Positions 30,454 to 37,834 of a DNA stretch of 64,000 bases are shown here, one piece after another; within the stretch, counting starts at the first letter, position 1, and every line of letters starts with the position of its first letter. The position numbers were made by a program, and so were the translations under genes. The notes below the pieces were generated by a model. The model did no database searches. It worked only from the letters and a program-made list of their open reading frames with translations, and was not told the DNA's origin. The DNA comes from Alphaproteobacteria bacterium (GTDB lineage: Bacteria; Pseudomonadota; Alphaproteobacteria; Rickettsiales; JABCZZ01), in assembly GCA_013286285.1 (NCBI GenBank), contig JABDGA010000001.1, positions 4,413 through 68,412 of the forward strand. Direction: 5' to 3'.

Positions 30454-31035
30454 TTATGGGTAAAGCGTTTGCACTATCCAGTTACTGCCGGTGCGTGTAT
30501 AGAGTTTCCGGTCATGCAGGCGAAATTTGCCTTCCTGCCAAAATTCTATTCTCTCTGGAAATACACGCCAGCCTGACCAGTGCGCTGGCCGTTTCGGAGG
30601 GTTTGTTTCGGAGTAACGGCTTTTTGCCTCTTCCACTTGTTTCAGTAAGGCCACATGTGAGTCCAGTGGTCTTGACTGTTCTGAAACCAATGCGCCGATA
30701 CGGCTGACAAGCGGGCGGCTATTATAATATATATCCGCCTCCTCGTTGCTTACCTGTTGTGCCATGCCTTCAATCCGCACTTGACGCCCTAACGGCTGCC
30801 AGTAGAAACATAATGCCGCATGCGGGTTTTCTTTCAGTTCCAGCGATTTGCGGCTTTCCATGTTAGTGAAGAAGGTAAAGCCGCGTTCATCATATCCTTT
30901 AAGCAATACTACCCGCACCGATGGAAAACCATGCCTGTCTGCCGTGGCAAGTGTCATAGCACTAGCATCGGATATAAAAGGGGTAAGGGTGGCCTCTTTA
31001 AACCAGCGGGTAAAAATTTCAAGGGGATTATGCAT
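30454..31035 (-). CDS. pdxH: pyridoxamine 5'-phosphate oxidase
   Basis: 193 aa with 'LATADRHGFPSVRVVLLKGYDERGFTFFTN', 'RQVRIEG' and 'WSGWRVFPERIEFWQ'. Confidence 0.93.
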   Translation of the reverse strand: MHNPLEIFTRWFKEATLTPFISDASAMTLATADRHGFPSVRVVLLKGYDERGFTFFTNMESRKSLELKENPHAALCFYWQPLGRQVRIEGMAQQVSNEEADIYYNSRPLVSRIGALVSEQSRPLDSHVALLKQVEEAKSRYSETNPPKRPAHWSGWRVFPERIEFWQEGKFRLHDRKLYTRTGSNWIVQTLYP

Positions 31036-31108
31036 TCTATGATTTTATAAATGCTGTTGAACATCTCAAAAAATCAAAATAAGTTGTTGCAAAGACAAGT
31101 CAAGTTAT

Positions 31109-31567
31109 ATGCACGCATTCAATGACTCGCAGCGCCTGCCTTACCCGGCTCTCCAGCTATTTGAACTGGTGATGGATATTGAGCGTTATCCTGAGTTTTT
31201 GCCCTGGTGCCGGGCGGCGAGGATTATCGAGCGCGATGAGAACCGACTGATGGCGGAACTGGTGATCAGCTTCAAACATATTACGGAGAGTTACGTGTCG
31301 GAAGTCAAATTCAGCCAACCGGTAGATCCCTCCGGCAATGGATTTATCGACGTGGTTATGGTCCGCGGGCCTTTTGAGATGCTGGAGAATCACTGGAAAT
31401 TCACCTCGGTGGACAATACTTCCACGGATATTTCCCTCAACCTTTCCTTCAAATTTCGTTCGCGTCTCCTTGACTCGATTATCGGCCTTCTGTTCGGCAA
31501 GGCTTCCGTAAAGATGGTCAATGCATTCAAAAAGCGTGCCGATGATCTTTATGGGAATAAAGCATGA
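31109..31567 (+). CDS. SRPBCC family protein (RatA/COQ10-like)
   Basis: 152 aa with 'VMDIERYPEFLPWC' and 'LENHWKF'. Confidence 0.8.
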   Translation: MHAFNDSQRLPYPALQLFELVMDIERYPEFLPWCRAARIIERDENRLMAELVISFKHITESYVSEVKFSQPVDPSGNGFIDVVMVRGPFEMLENHWKFTSVDNTSTDISLNLSFKFRSRLLDSIIGLLFGKASVKMVNAFKKRADDLYGNKA

Positions 31568-32928
31568 AAAATTGGCAGGAAAAACCCGATTTACTCTTCC
31601 TGTTTTTTGCTGTGCCCTTTGGATTGCTCCTGGTTTTTCTGATACCGCCACTTGGCGGCGGAGATGAAGGATTTCATTATCACCGTATTGCCAGCATTGC
31701 CTTTTACCAGGTATTTAACAAACCGGTAGAAGTGCCTTCCGGCATTGCCGCCTTCATTCAATCCGGCAGCGACTTCTTCCGCGCCGGGATGCAACCGCCA
31801 TTTTCTTTTTCCCTCGAACAATGGCACAAAATGGCGGTAATTCCGCTTGATTCGAACGCGCAAGTAACACTTTTGCCGGATTACATGACCGTGCATCATC
31901 CGCTTTCCTATATTCCGCAAATACTTGTGTTTCGGCTTGGAGTCATAGCGGGGCTTACTCCACTGGCGATCCTCTATGCAGGAAGGGTTGCTGGACTCGT
32001 TTGCGGTATAGGACTTACCTTTCTGGCGATACGGCGTGTTCCTTCGCATAAAGATTTGCTATGTGCGTTCGCCCTGTTTCCAACCATGATGGCTTATCGC
32101 AGCACTATGGATGCCGATGCGCTAGTGAACGGACTTGCATTTTTATTTATCGCCAGCCTCTTCTATGAAATAACTGCTCAGGGTATAATTTCTTTCCGGA
32201 ATATTATCTGGCTTGCATTGCTGGCGTTTGTGCTGGCGCAATGCAAAAACGTATATTTATTATTGTTGCTGCTTGCCTTTGCCATACCCGCGGAGCGTTT
32301 TTCCTCTTTCGTTGCACGTATGGGAGCACTCATGCTGGTAATCTTACCTGGAACGGTTTTAAGCCTTGTCTGGATGGTGCTCATGAAACAGACGTATTTT
32401 ACCGGTATTCATTACCATACCTGGGGCGGTGATGCGTACCCCGACATGCAGGCGGCCTTTATATTCCATCATCCGTTGGGGTTCTTGAAAATAATGGTAC
32501 ATACACTGTTTTCTACCCCTCTATTGCCTGTTGCATTTTTAGAGACTATCGGTGATGTCGGCCCGGGTTATTCCTTGCCAGTCCTGTTATCTGCCGGGCT
32601 TTGTTATTTATTGATTGCCGTTATTGCGGCGGATAGGCAATTCGTTGTGCCGTATGGTAATGGCGTGCGTGTGCTCTCTGCCACGATTTTTATTATGGCG
32701 TTTGTGACAATTCTTGCGTTGCTTTATATCCACTGGACCGGGCTGGAAGCCCCCATTATCCAAGGATTTCAGGGCAGGTATTTTTGTCCGTTACTGCCGT
32801 TGCTTATTCCGTTTATACAATCCAGAGAAAAACCGTTGCTGCCGATTACGCCGGCTTCCTGTGTTGCATTGTTCGCTTTTTCAGGGCTTACTGTTACCGT
32901 ATGGGTAATAACCAAAAATTATTATTAA
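31564..32928 (+). CDS. DUF2142-like integral membrane protein (putative glycan-related)
   Basis: 454 aa and polytopic, with 'PPLGGGDEGFHYHRIASI' near the N-terminus. A degraded GT2 gene follows. Confidence 0.7.
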   Translation: MKNWQEKPDLLFLFFAVPFGLLLVFLIPPLGGGDEGFHYHRIASIAFYQVFNKPVEVPSGIAAFIQSGSDFFRAGMQPPFSFSLEQWHKMAVIPLDSNAQVTLLPDYMTVHHPLSYIPQILVFRLGVIAGLTPLAILYAGRVAGLVCGIGLTFLAIRRVPSHKDLLCAFALFPTMMAYRSTMDADALVNGLAFLFIASLFYEITAQGIISFRNIIWLALLAFVLAQCKNVYLLLLLLAFAIPAERFSSFVARMGALMLVILPGTVLSLVWMVLMKQTYFTGIHYHTWGGDAYPDMQAAFIFHHPLGFLKIMVHTLFSTPLLPVAFLETIGDVGPGYSLPVLLSAGLCYLLIAVIAADRQFVVPYGNGVRVLSATIFIMAFVTILALLYIHWTGLEAPIIQGFQGRYFCPLLPLLIPFIQSREKPLLPITPASCVALFAFSGLTVTVWVITKNYY

Positions 32929-32929
32929 T

Positions 32930-33295
32930 ATGAATAAAGTTGCTGTTGTCATTCCCTGTTTCAGGGGCAAAAAATCCATTCTTAGTATGATTGCTACCAT
33001 TGCCGAGGAAGTGATAAAATTTATGGGGTGGACGATGCCTGTCCGGAAAAAACCGGATTTACCTACGTAATTTTCCCCTTGCCTCTCTTGAGCTGATATT
33101 CGGATTAATGTTAACCATTTTTGGTCCGATTTACGGGGGCTTCATTGGCGGATGAGTTCCATTCTGAACCAGCCTGCCACTACCGGTACGGCGATGGTTG
33201 CAGACCTGCCAGTTATCGTTTGATTCCAGCGGGTTATATCATTTATTGATTGTGACATAAAACCGTTCCCAAGCGTCCGCTTACCCCTGTTTTAC
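32930..33295 (+). pseudogene. degraded family-2 glycosyltransferase remnant
   Basis: ATG 32930 gives 'MNKVAVVIPCFRGKKSILSMIATIAEEV'. A frame change then reads 'IYGVDDACPEKTG'. C-terminal TM-like pieces 'LELIFGLMLTIFGPIYGG' and 'HWRMSSILNQPATTGTAMVADLPVIV' lie in other frames. Most of the catalytic domain is missing. Confidence 0.6.
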
Positions 33296-33386
33296 GCTAA
33301 CGCAAAAACGATAGGCATCTGATATTTTTTTTGCTATACTGGCGTTTCTGCAACAGGGTAACCAGCTAATATCAGGATAGGATAGC

Positions 33387-33587
33387 ATGGAAGAGGATTT
33401 GCAACTTGTCAAGAAATTAGAGGCGCTTACACTGCGTCACCAAGAGCTGGATACGATGATAGACAGATTAAACGCCGAAAAATTCAGGGATGAGTTCAGT
33501 CTCCATAGGCTCAAGAAGGAGAAGCTGAACCTGCGCGACGAAATTACCAAACTTCAGGATGCGATTTACCCGGATATTATTGCTTAG
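33387..33587 (+). CDS. DUF465 (YdcH-like) small coiled-coil protein
   Basis: 66 aa: 'LRHQELDTMIDRLN...HRLKKEKLNLRDEI'. Confidence 0.75.
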   Translation: MEEDLQLVKKLEALTLRHQELDTMIDRLNAEKFRDEFSLHRLKKEKLNLRDEITKLQDAIYPDIIA

Positions 33588-33591
33588 GTTC

Positions 33592-34500
33592 ATGCCAGTT
33601 CTGGAAAATGCACAACCAGTTCTTTTGCTCGTTGATAAAACCTATGCAGAAGCAGGTTTTACACTGATAGAAATGAGCATTGTCCTGGTTATCATCGGGC
33701 TGATTGTGGGTGGTATTCTCACCGGGCAAGAATTAATTAGAAATGCAGGTATTCGCGCTACTATTGGACAGCTGGAAAAATATAACACGGCTGCTTATAC
33801 ATTCCGCAATAAGTACGGCTCTTTACCAGGTGATATTACCAGCTCCCAGGCAGCAGCCTTTGGGTTCTATAATGTAACGGGTGCATCAGCAGGTACCCAG
33901 TCCTGTGGGGATGGGAATGGCTTTGTCCAGGGATACAGCGGATCGAACCGGCAGGATGGCGCTTCTTTTGGCGGGGAAATCGCCATGTTTTTTCTGCAGT
34001 TGTCTCAGGCAGGACTCATTGACGGCATGTATGGCGCAGGAGGCGCGGATGTAAAAATTACCGGCGCGACTACCACCGGCGGCTCAACAAACTCCCTCCC
34101 ATTTGTTAATGTGACCACTCCCGGCGGAACTATTGGTGAGCTTCTGCCGGCAGCAAAGTTAGGAAAGGGTAACTTTTTCACTATAGGCTCGGTCAATGGA
34201 AACAATTACTTTATATTGACCGGAGTAACATCCATAGACACCGATGCAAATGTCACCAGCACGAATAATCTTACGCCAAACGATGGATATAACATTGATG
34301 TAAAAATAGATAACGGGTTGCCCAGTACCGGCAGAGTAGTTGCCCTAGATACCGTGAACCATATTATATCCTGGTCGGCGGGGACAGGAATTACCACTCT
34401 GGATACCACCGGCAACTGTATCCATTCCGGAGTCTATTATACCAGCAGTAGCACCTTTGCCAATGCGATGAACTGTTCGCTTCGCATAAATTTCCAGTAA
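33592..34500 (+). CDS. prepilin-type N-terminal cleavage/methylation domain protein (pilin/pseudopilin-like)
   Basis: 'AG/FTLIEMSIVLVIIGLIVGGIL' is a class III signal with Glu+5, followed by a ~270-aa Gly/Thr-rich body. The start is ambiguous: 33559, 33592, or an internal TTG giving a shorter leader. Confidence 0.75.
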   Translation: MPVLENAQPVLLLVDKTYAEAGFTLIEMSIVLVIIGLIVGGILTGQELIRNAGIRATIGQLEKYNTAAYTFRNKYGSLPGDITSSQAAAFGFYNVTGASAGTQSCGDGNGFVQGYSGSNRQDGASFGGEIAMFFLQLSQAGLIDGMYGAGGADVKITGATTTGGSTNSLPFVNVTTPGGTIGELLPAAKLGKGNFFTIGSVNGNNYFILTGVTSIDTDANVTSTNNLTPNDGYNIDVKIDNGLPSTGRVVALDTVNHIISWSAGTGITTLDTTGNCIHSGVYYTSSSTFANAMNCSLRINFQ

Positions 34501-34507
34501 ATGCGAT

Positions 34508-35416
34508 TTACTCTTTCTTTGCAGGGTTCTGCTGCATGGCGGCTACGAGCTTCGTCACATTATATGTAAACATATCCGTATAGGTAGAAGCCGGTTCACC
34601 AGGCGCCGATAGTGCATCGGAATAGAGTGTGCCGCCAATATGCGCGCCGGCGTCACTTTCCAGTTGCCGCATGAGCCGGGAATCCGTCATGTTCTCCAGA
34701 AAAACCGCCGTAATATGCTGCTGGCGCACCTGATCGATAATCCTTGCCATGTCCGCTGCGGATGCTTCGCTTTCGGTGCTTATCCCTAACGGGGCAATAA
34801 AAGTTACCCCATATTGCTTCGCAAAGTAGTGGAATGAGTCATGCATACTGATGACCTTGCACTTGGAAGGCTCAACCTGTGCAATTTCTGTTTTCGTCCA
34901 CTTATCCAGCGTATCAAGTTTCTGAAGATAGCGCGCCGCGTTAGACTGATATTCCGCAGCATGGAGGGGATCGGCCTGTGCGAGTGCATCCCGGATATTA
35001 GCGACATAGGTTTTGCCATTTTCTAAATTCTGCCATGCATGGGGATCGGGTGCAGAATGTCCATGTGCCTCAGATTCAAGCGGAGTGATGCCTTGCGTTA
35101 CAACGACTGCTTTTCCCTTGAAAGCGGAAGACTGTATCAGCCTTTCAATCCAGCCTTCCAATCCCAACCCGTTTATAAATACGATATTTGCATGGGAGAG
35201 TGAACGCGCATTGGCCGTGGTAGGCTCATATTCATGCGCGTCGCCATTGGGGCCGACCAGTACTTCCAAGTCTACATTATTTCCGGCCACCTGTTTTACC
35301 ATATCGCCAATGATGCTGAAGCTCGCCACTACTTTGAGCCTCTCATCTGCATCGGCACCCAGAGCAATGAGCAGGGATAGAAAAAAAATAGATGCAATGA
35401 AAACTGCGTTTTTCAT
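34508..35416 (-). CDS. znuA: zinc/manganese ABC transporter substrate-binding protein
   Basis: ATG 35416 gives signal peptide 'MKNAVFIASIFFLSLLIALGADA'. TroA/ZnuA motifs 'DAHEYEPT' and 'DPHAWQN' are present. The listed ORF extends further upstream into znuB. Confidence 0.85.
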   Translation of the reverse strand: MKNAVFIASIFFLSLLIALGADADERLKVVASFSIIGDMVKQVAGNNVDLEVLVGPNGDAHEYEPTTANARSLSHANIVFINGLGLEGWIERLIQSSAFKGKAVVVTQGITPLESEAHGHSAPDPHAWQNLENGKTYVANIRDALAQADPLHAAEYQSNAARYLQKLDTLDKWTKTEIAQVEPSKCKVISMHDSFHYFAKQYGVTFIAPLGISTESEASAADMARIIDQVRQQHITAVFLENMTDSRLMRQLESDAGAHIGGTLYSDALSAPGEPASTYTDMFTYNVTKLVAAMQQNPAKKE

Positions 35417-35418
35417 GT

Positions 35419-36285
35419 TTAATGAAAATGCTTGCGGGGGAAAAACCGAATGATTAGGCCGCCTTTGGCTCCTACAAAAATGGAGATCAAATACCACGTG
35501 CTCGCGGTGAGCACAATGGACGGACCGGAAGGCAGGCTGAAATGGTAAGACAGCAATAACCCGATAACAGAACACAGAGTGCCGAACACGATGCTTAGGC
35601 ACACTGCGCTGTCAATGCTTTTCGTCCAGAACCGGGTGGCAATCGCGGGCAGCACCATGATACCCACCGCCATCAGCGTGCCAAGCGCCTGAAACGACGC
35701 GACCAGGTTAAGCACCACAAGAACCAGAAACAGGTAATGATAAATCGCGCCATGCCCTTGCTGTACTTTCAGGAAGCCGGGATCAAAGCATTCCATAATC
35801 AGCGGACGGTAGATGATGGCAAGCGTCAGCAGGCTTGCCGTTGCAATGCAGTTAATCAGTTTCAGGGAATCTTTATCCACTGCCAGCACATTGCCGAACA
35901 GCACGTGCAGCAGGTCAACCGTGCTGCCTTTTAAGGATATAATCATCACGCCAATGGCAAGCGAGGTCAGGTAGGCAGCGGTGAAGCTTGCATCTTCCTT
36001 GAGATTCGTCATGCGGGTGATAACGCCTGCGGCCACCGCCATCAGCAACCCGGCTATCAGGCCGCCGATAGTCATTGGCCATAGCGCCACCCCGGTAAAA
36101 ATAAATGCCAGTGCAATACCTGGAAGGATAGCATGTGATGCCGCGTCCCCCATCAGGGACATTCTGCGCAGTACAAGGAATACACCCAGCGGCGAGGCGC
36201 TTGCAGCCATGATGACGCAGGCGGCGAGTGCGCGGCGCATGAAGCCGTAATCCATGAACGGCTGTATAATGGTTTCGTAGAGCAT
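35419..36285 (-). CDS. znuB: zinc ABC transporter permease
   Basis: 288 aa, ABC-3 family polytopic protein, lying between znuC and znuA. Confidence 0.88.
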   Translation of the reverse strand: MLYETIIQPFMDYGFMRRALAACVIMAASASPLGVFLVLRRMSLMGDAASHAILPGIALAFIFTGVALWPMTIGGLIAGLLMAVAAGVITRMTNLKEDASFTAAYLTSLAIGVMIISLKGSTVDLLHVLFGNVLAVDKDSLKLINCIATASLLTLAIIYRPLIMECFDPGFLKVQQGHGAIYHYLFLVLVVLNLVASFQALGTLMAVGIMVLPAIATRFWTKSIDSAVCLSIVFGTLCSVIGLLLSYHFSLPSGPSIVLTASTWYLISIFVGAKGGLIIRFFPRKHFH

Positions 36286-36397
36286 ATACCTATCGCAACG
36301 GAAACGTTGCGATAGGTATATGAAACTCCGCGCCGAAAGCGCGGGGTTTGCGCCGCGGAGCGAGCGTAACGCATGTCAAGAATACTCCATTCTTGAC
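36283..36397 (-). repeat. intercistronic hairpin cluster between znuC and znuB
   Basis: A perfect 18-bp stem (36283-36300 / 36305-36322, loop gaaa) includes the znuB start codon. A second hairpin is ctccgcg...cgcggag (36326-36360). A third is gtcaagaat-actcc-attcttgac (36375-36397). Confidence 0.8.
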
Positions 36398-36411
36398 GTG
36401 CAAAAGATATC

Positions 36412-37131
36412 TCAATGCACCGTCGCTGCCGCTTGCCGAAAAAACCGGGCACTCAGCAGATTCTCAGGGTTTAACACGTCCCGCGATTTTCCCCAGGCGA
36501 TGCATTCACGCGCCATCAGCAGGCAGTCGGTAAAATTCGCTTTTATCTGCTCAAAATCATGCAGCACGCAAATAACGGTACGTTGTTCCTTGTGCCAGCG
36601 CCGGATGACGTTCAGCAGCGCTTCCGTGGTCGTGGCGTCTATGGAGGTAAACGGTTCATCGAGCAATATCAGCTTTGCATCCTGCACGATGACGCGGGCG
36701 AACAGCGCGCGCTGGAACTGGCCTGCGGAAAGGCTGTCCAGTGTCCTGTCGTCAAAGCCGCTAAGCCCGACAATACGGAGCGCATCCTTACATTGTTCCT
36801 TCTGGTGAACGGTAATTCTCTGGAACCCATTGCTCTTGTGCCAGAACCCTGAAGACACCATCTGCAATACGCTGATGGGGAAATCCACCTGTAAGTCTGC
36901 GGCCTGCGGCAGATAGGCCATCATCTTGCGTGTCAGGCCGCAGAATTCTATCGCGCCTTCAAACACCGGCAGGATTCCGGCAATGGCTTTGAGCAAGGTG
37001 CTTTTACCTGCTCCGTTGGGGCCGGTAATCGCGGTCAGCCCCCCTTCGGTAAACTCGCCTTTGATATGGTGCACCGCCGGGCGGCGATCATAAGCAACGG
37101 TGAGATCATGCAGTTTTATGGCAGGCGTCAT
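36412..37131 (-). CDS. znuC: zinc ABC transporter ATP-binding protein
   Basis: Walker A 'GPNGAGKST', signature 'LSAGQFQR' and Walker B 'LILLDEP'. ATG 37131 is preferred over GTG 37161. Confidence 0.88.
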   Translation of the reverse strand: MTPAIKLHDLTVAYDRRPAVHHIKGEFTEGGLTAITGPNGAGKSTLLKAIAGILPVFEGAIEFCGLTRKMMAYLPQAADLQVDFPISVLQMVSSGFWHKSNGFQRITVHQKEQCKDALRIVGLSGFDDRTLDSLSAGQFQRALFARVIVQDAKLILLDEPFTSIDATTTEALLNVIRRWHKEQRTVICVLHDFEQIKANFTDCLLMARECIAWGKSRDVLNPENLLSARFFRQAAATVH

Positions 37132-37219
37132 GTGGCTACTGCCCAGTAAGAGACAAGCCACAGAACCAGAATCAGCGCGGTGGCGGTAGCAGTACGCTGC
37201 AATGCGCTCCAGTAATACA

Positions 37220-37630
37220 TCAGCAGGCGCCTTTCTGTTCGCTGCAGCTTTTACAAAGTCCCATGACTTCCACGACTTCGTTTTCTATCCGGAAACCTTT
37301 ATTGGTTTTGGCGTCATGCAATGTGTTATAGAGTGCTTTGTTGGGAATCTCGTCTACGTTGTCGCAATCATTACAGATCGCAAAAATGATGGATTCATGT
37401 TCATGCGGCTTCTCATGGTTGCACAGCACATACGCGTGTTTGGAAGCAATCCGGTGTGCAATTCCCAGTTTAATCAGCTTGTCCAATGCGCGGTAGATGG
37501 TGGGCGGGCCGTTAAAGCCCTTTACCTTGACGCGCTCCAGTATCTCATACGCCCCAAGCGGCCTGCCGCTTTGGGTAAGCACATCGCATACAGCCTTGTT
37601 AGGCCCCTTCATGAGGGTATGCTTGGCCAT
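37220..37630 (-). CDS. zur: Fur family zinc uptake regulator
   Basis: 136 aa with a winged helix 'TIYRALDKLIKLGIAHRI', 'HEHESIIFAICNDCDNV' and 'CKSC'. It lies at the head of the znuCBA cluster. Confidence 0.85.
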   Translation of the reverse strand: MAKHTLMKGPNKAVCDVLTQSGRPLGAYEILERVKVKGFNGPPTIYRALDKLIKLGIAHRIASKHAYVLCNHEKPHEHESIIFAICNDCDNVDEIPNKALYNTLHDAKTNKGFRIENEVVEVMGLCKSCSEQKGAC

Positions 37631-37643
37631 AGAACCCTATTGT

Positions 37644-37657
37644 TATATTATAATATA
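37644..37657. promoter_or_regulatory. candidate Zur/Fur-type operator overlapping a -10-like TATAAT
   Basis: A perfect 14-nt AT palindrome, tatattataatata, lies 14-27 nt upstream of the zur ATG. Confidence 0.3.
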
Positions 37658-37701
37658 CCCATCGCGTATCAAGAGTTATGATATGAGTCAAGGGATAAGA
37701 T

Positions 37702-37758
37702 GGGTATATTCGTTCATTGAAGCCGTTTTCCGCTTTGCAGAAAACGGCGGAAATGCTG
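37702..37758 (-). repeat. 57-nt intergenic repeat, copy 2
   Basis: Its reverse complement matches 15049-15105 at 49/57 positions. It contains a 9-bp stem gccgttttc/gaaaacggc and lies between the valS stop and the zur start. Confidence 0.8.
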
Positions 37759-37834
37759 ACGCGTTGCTTGCGAAGCGCGGGCAACGCTTGCATAAGGAAT
37801 ATACTGCTGGCATGCCAGCAGTATATAGGCTATT

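Noticed and set aside
31109-31567. RatA as a toxin of a toxin-antitoxin pair
   Set aside because: No small antitoxin-like ORF (RatB/RnfH) is adjacent. The protein overlaps a membrane-protein gene and looks like the housekeeping SRPBCC/COQ10-type lipid-binding protein.
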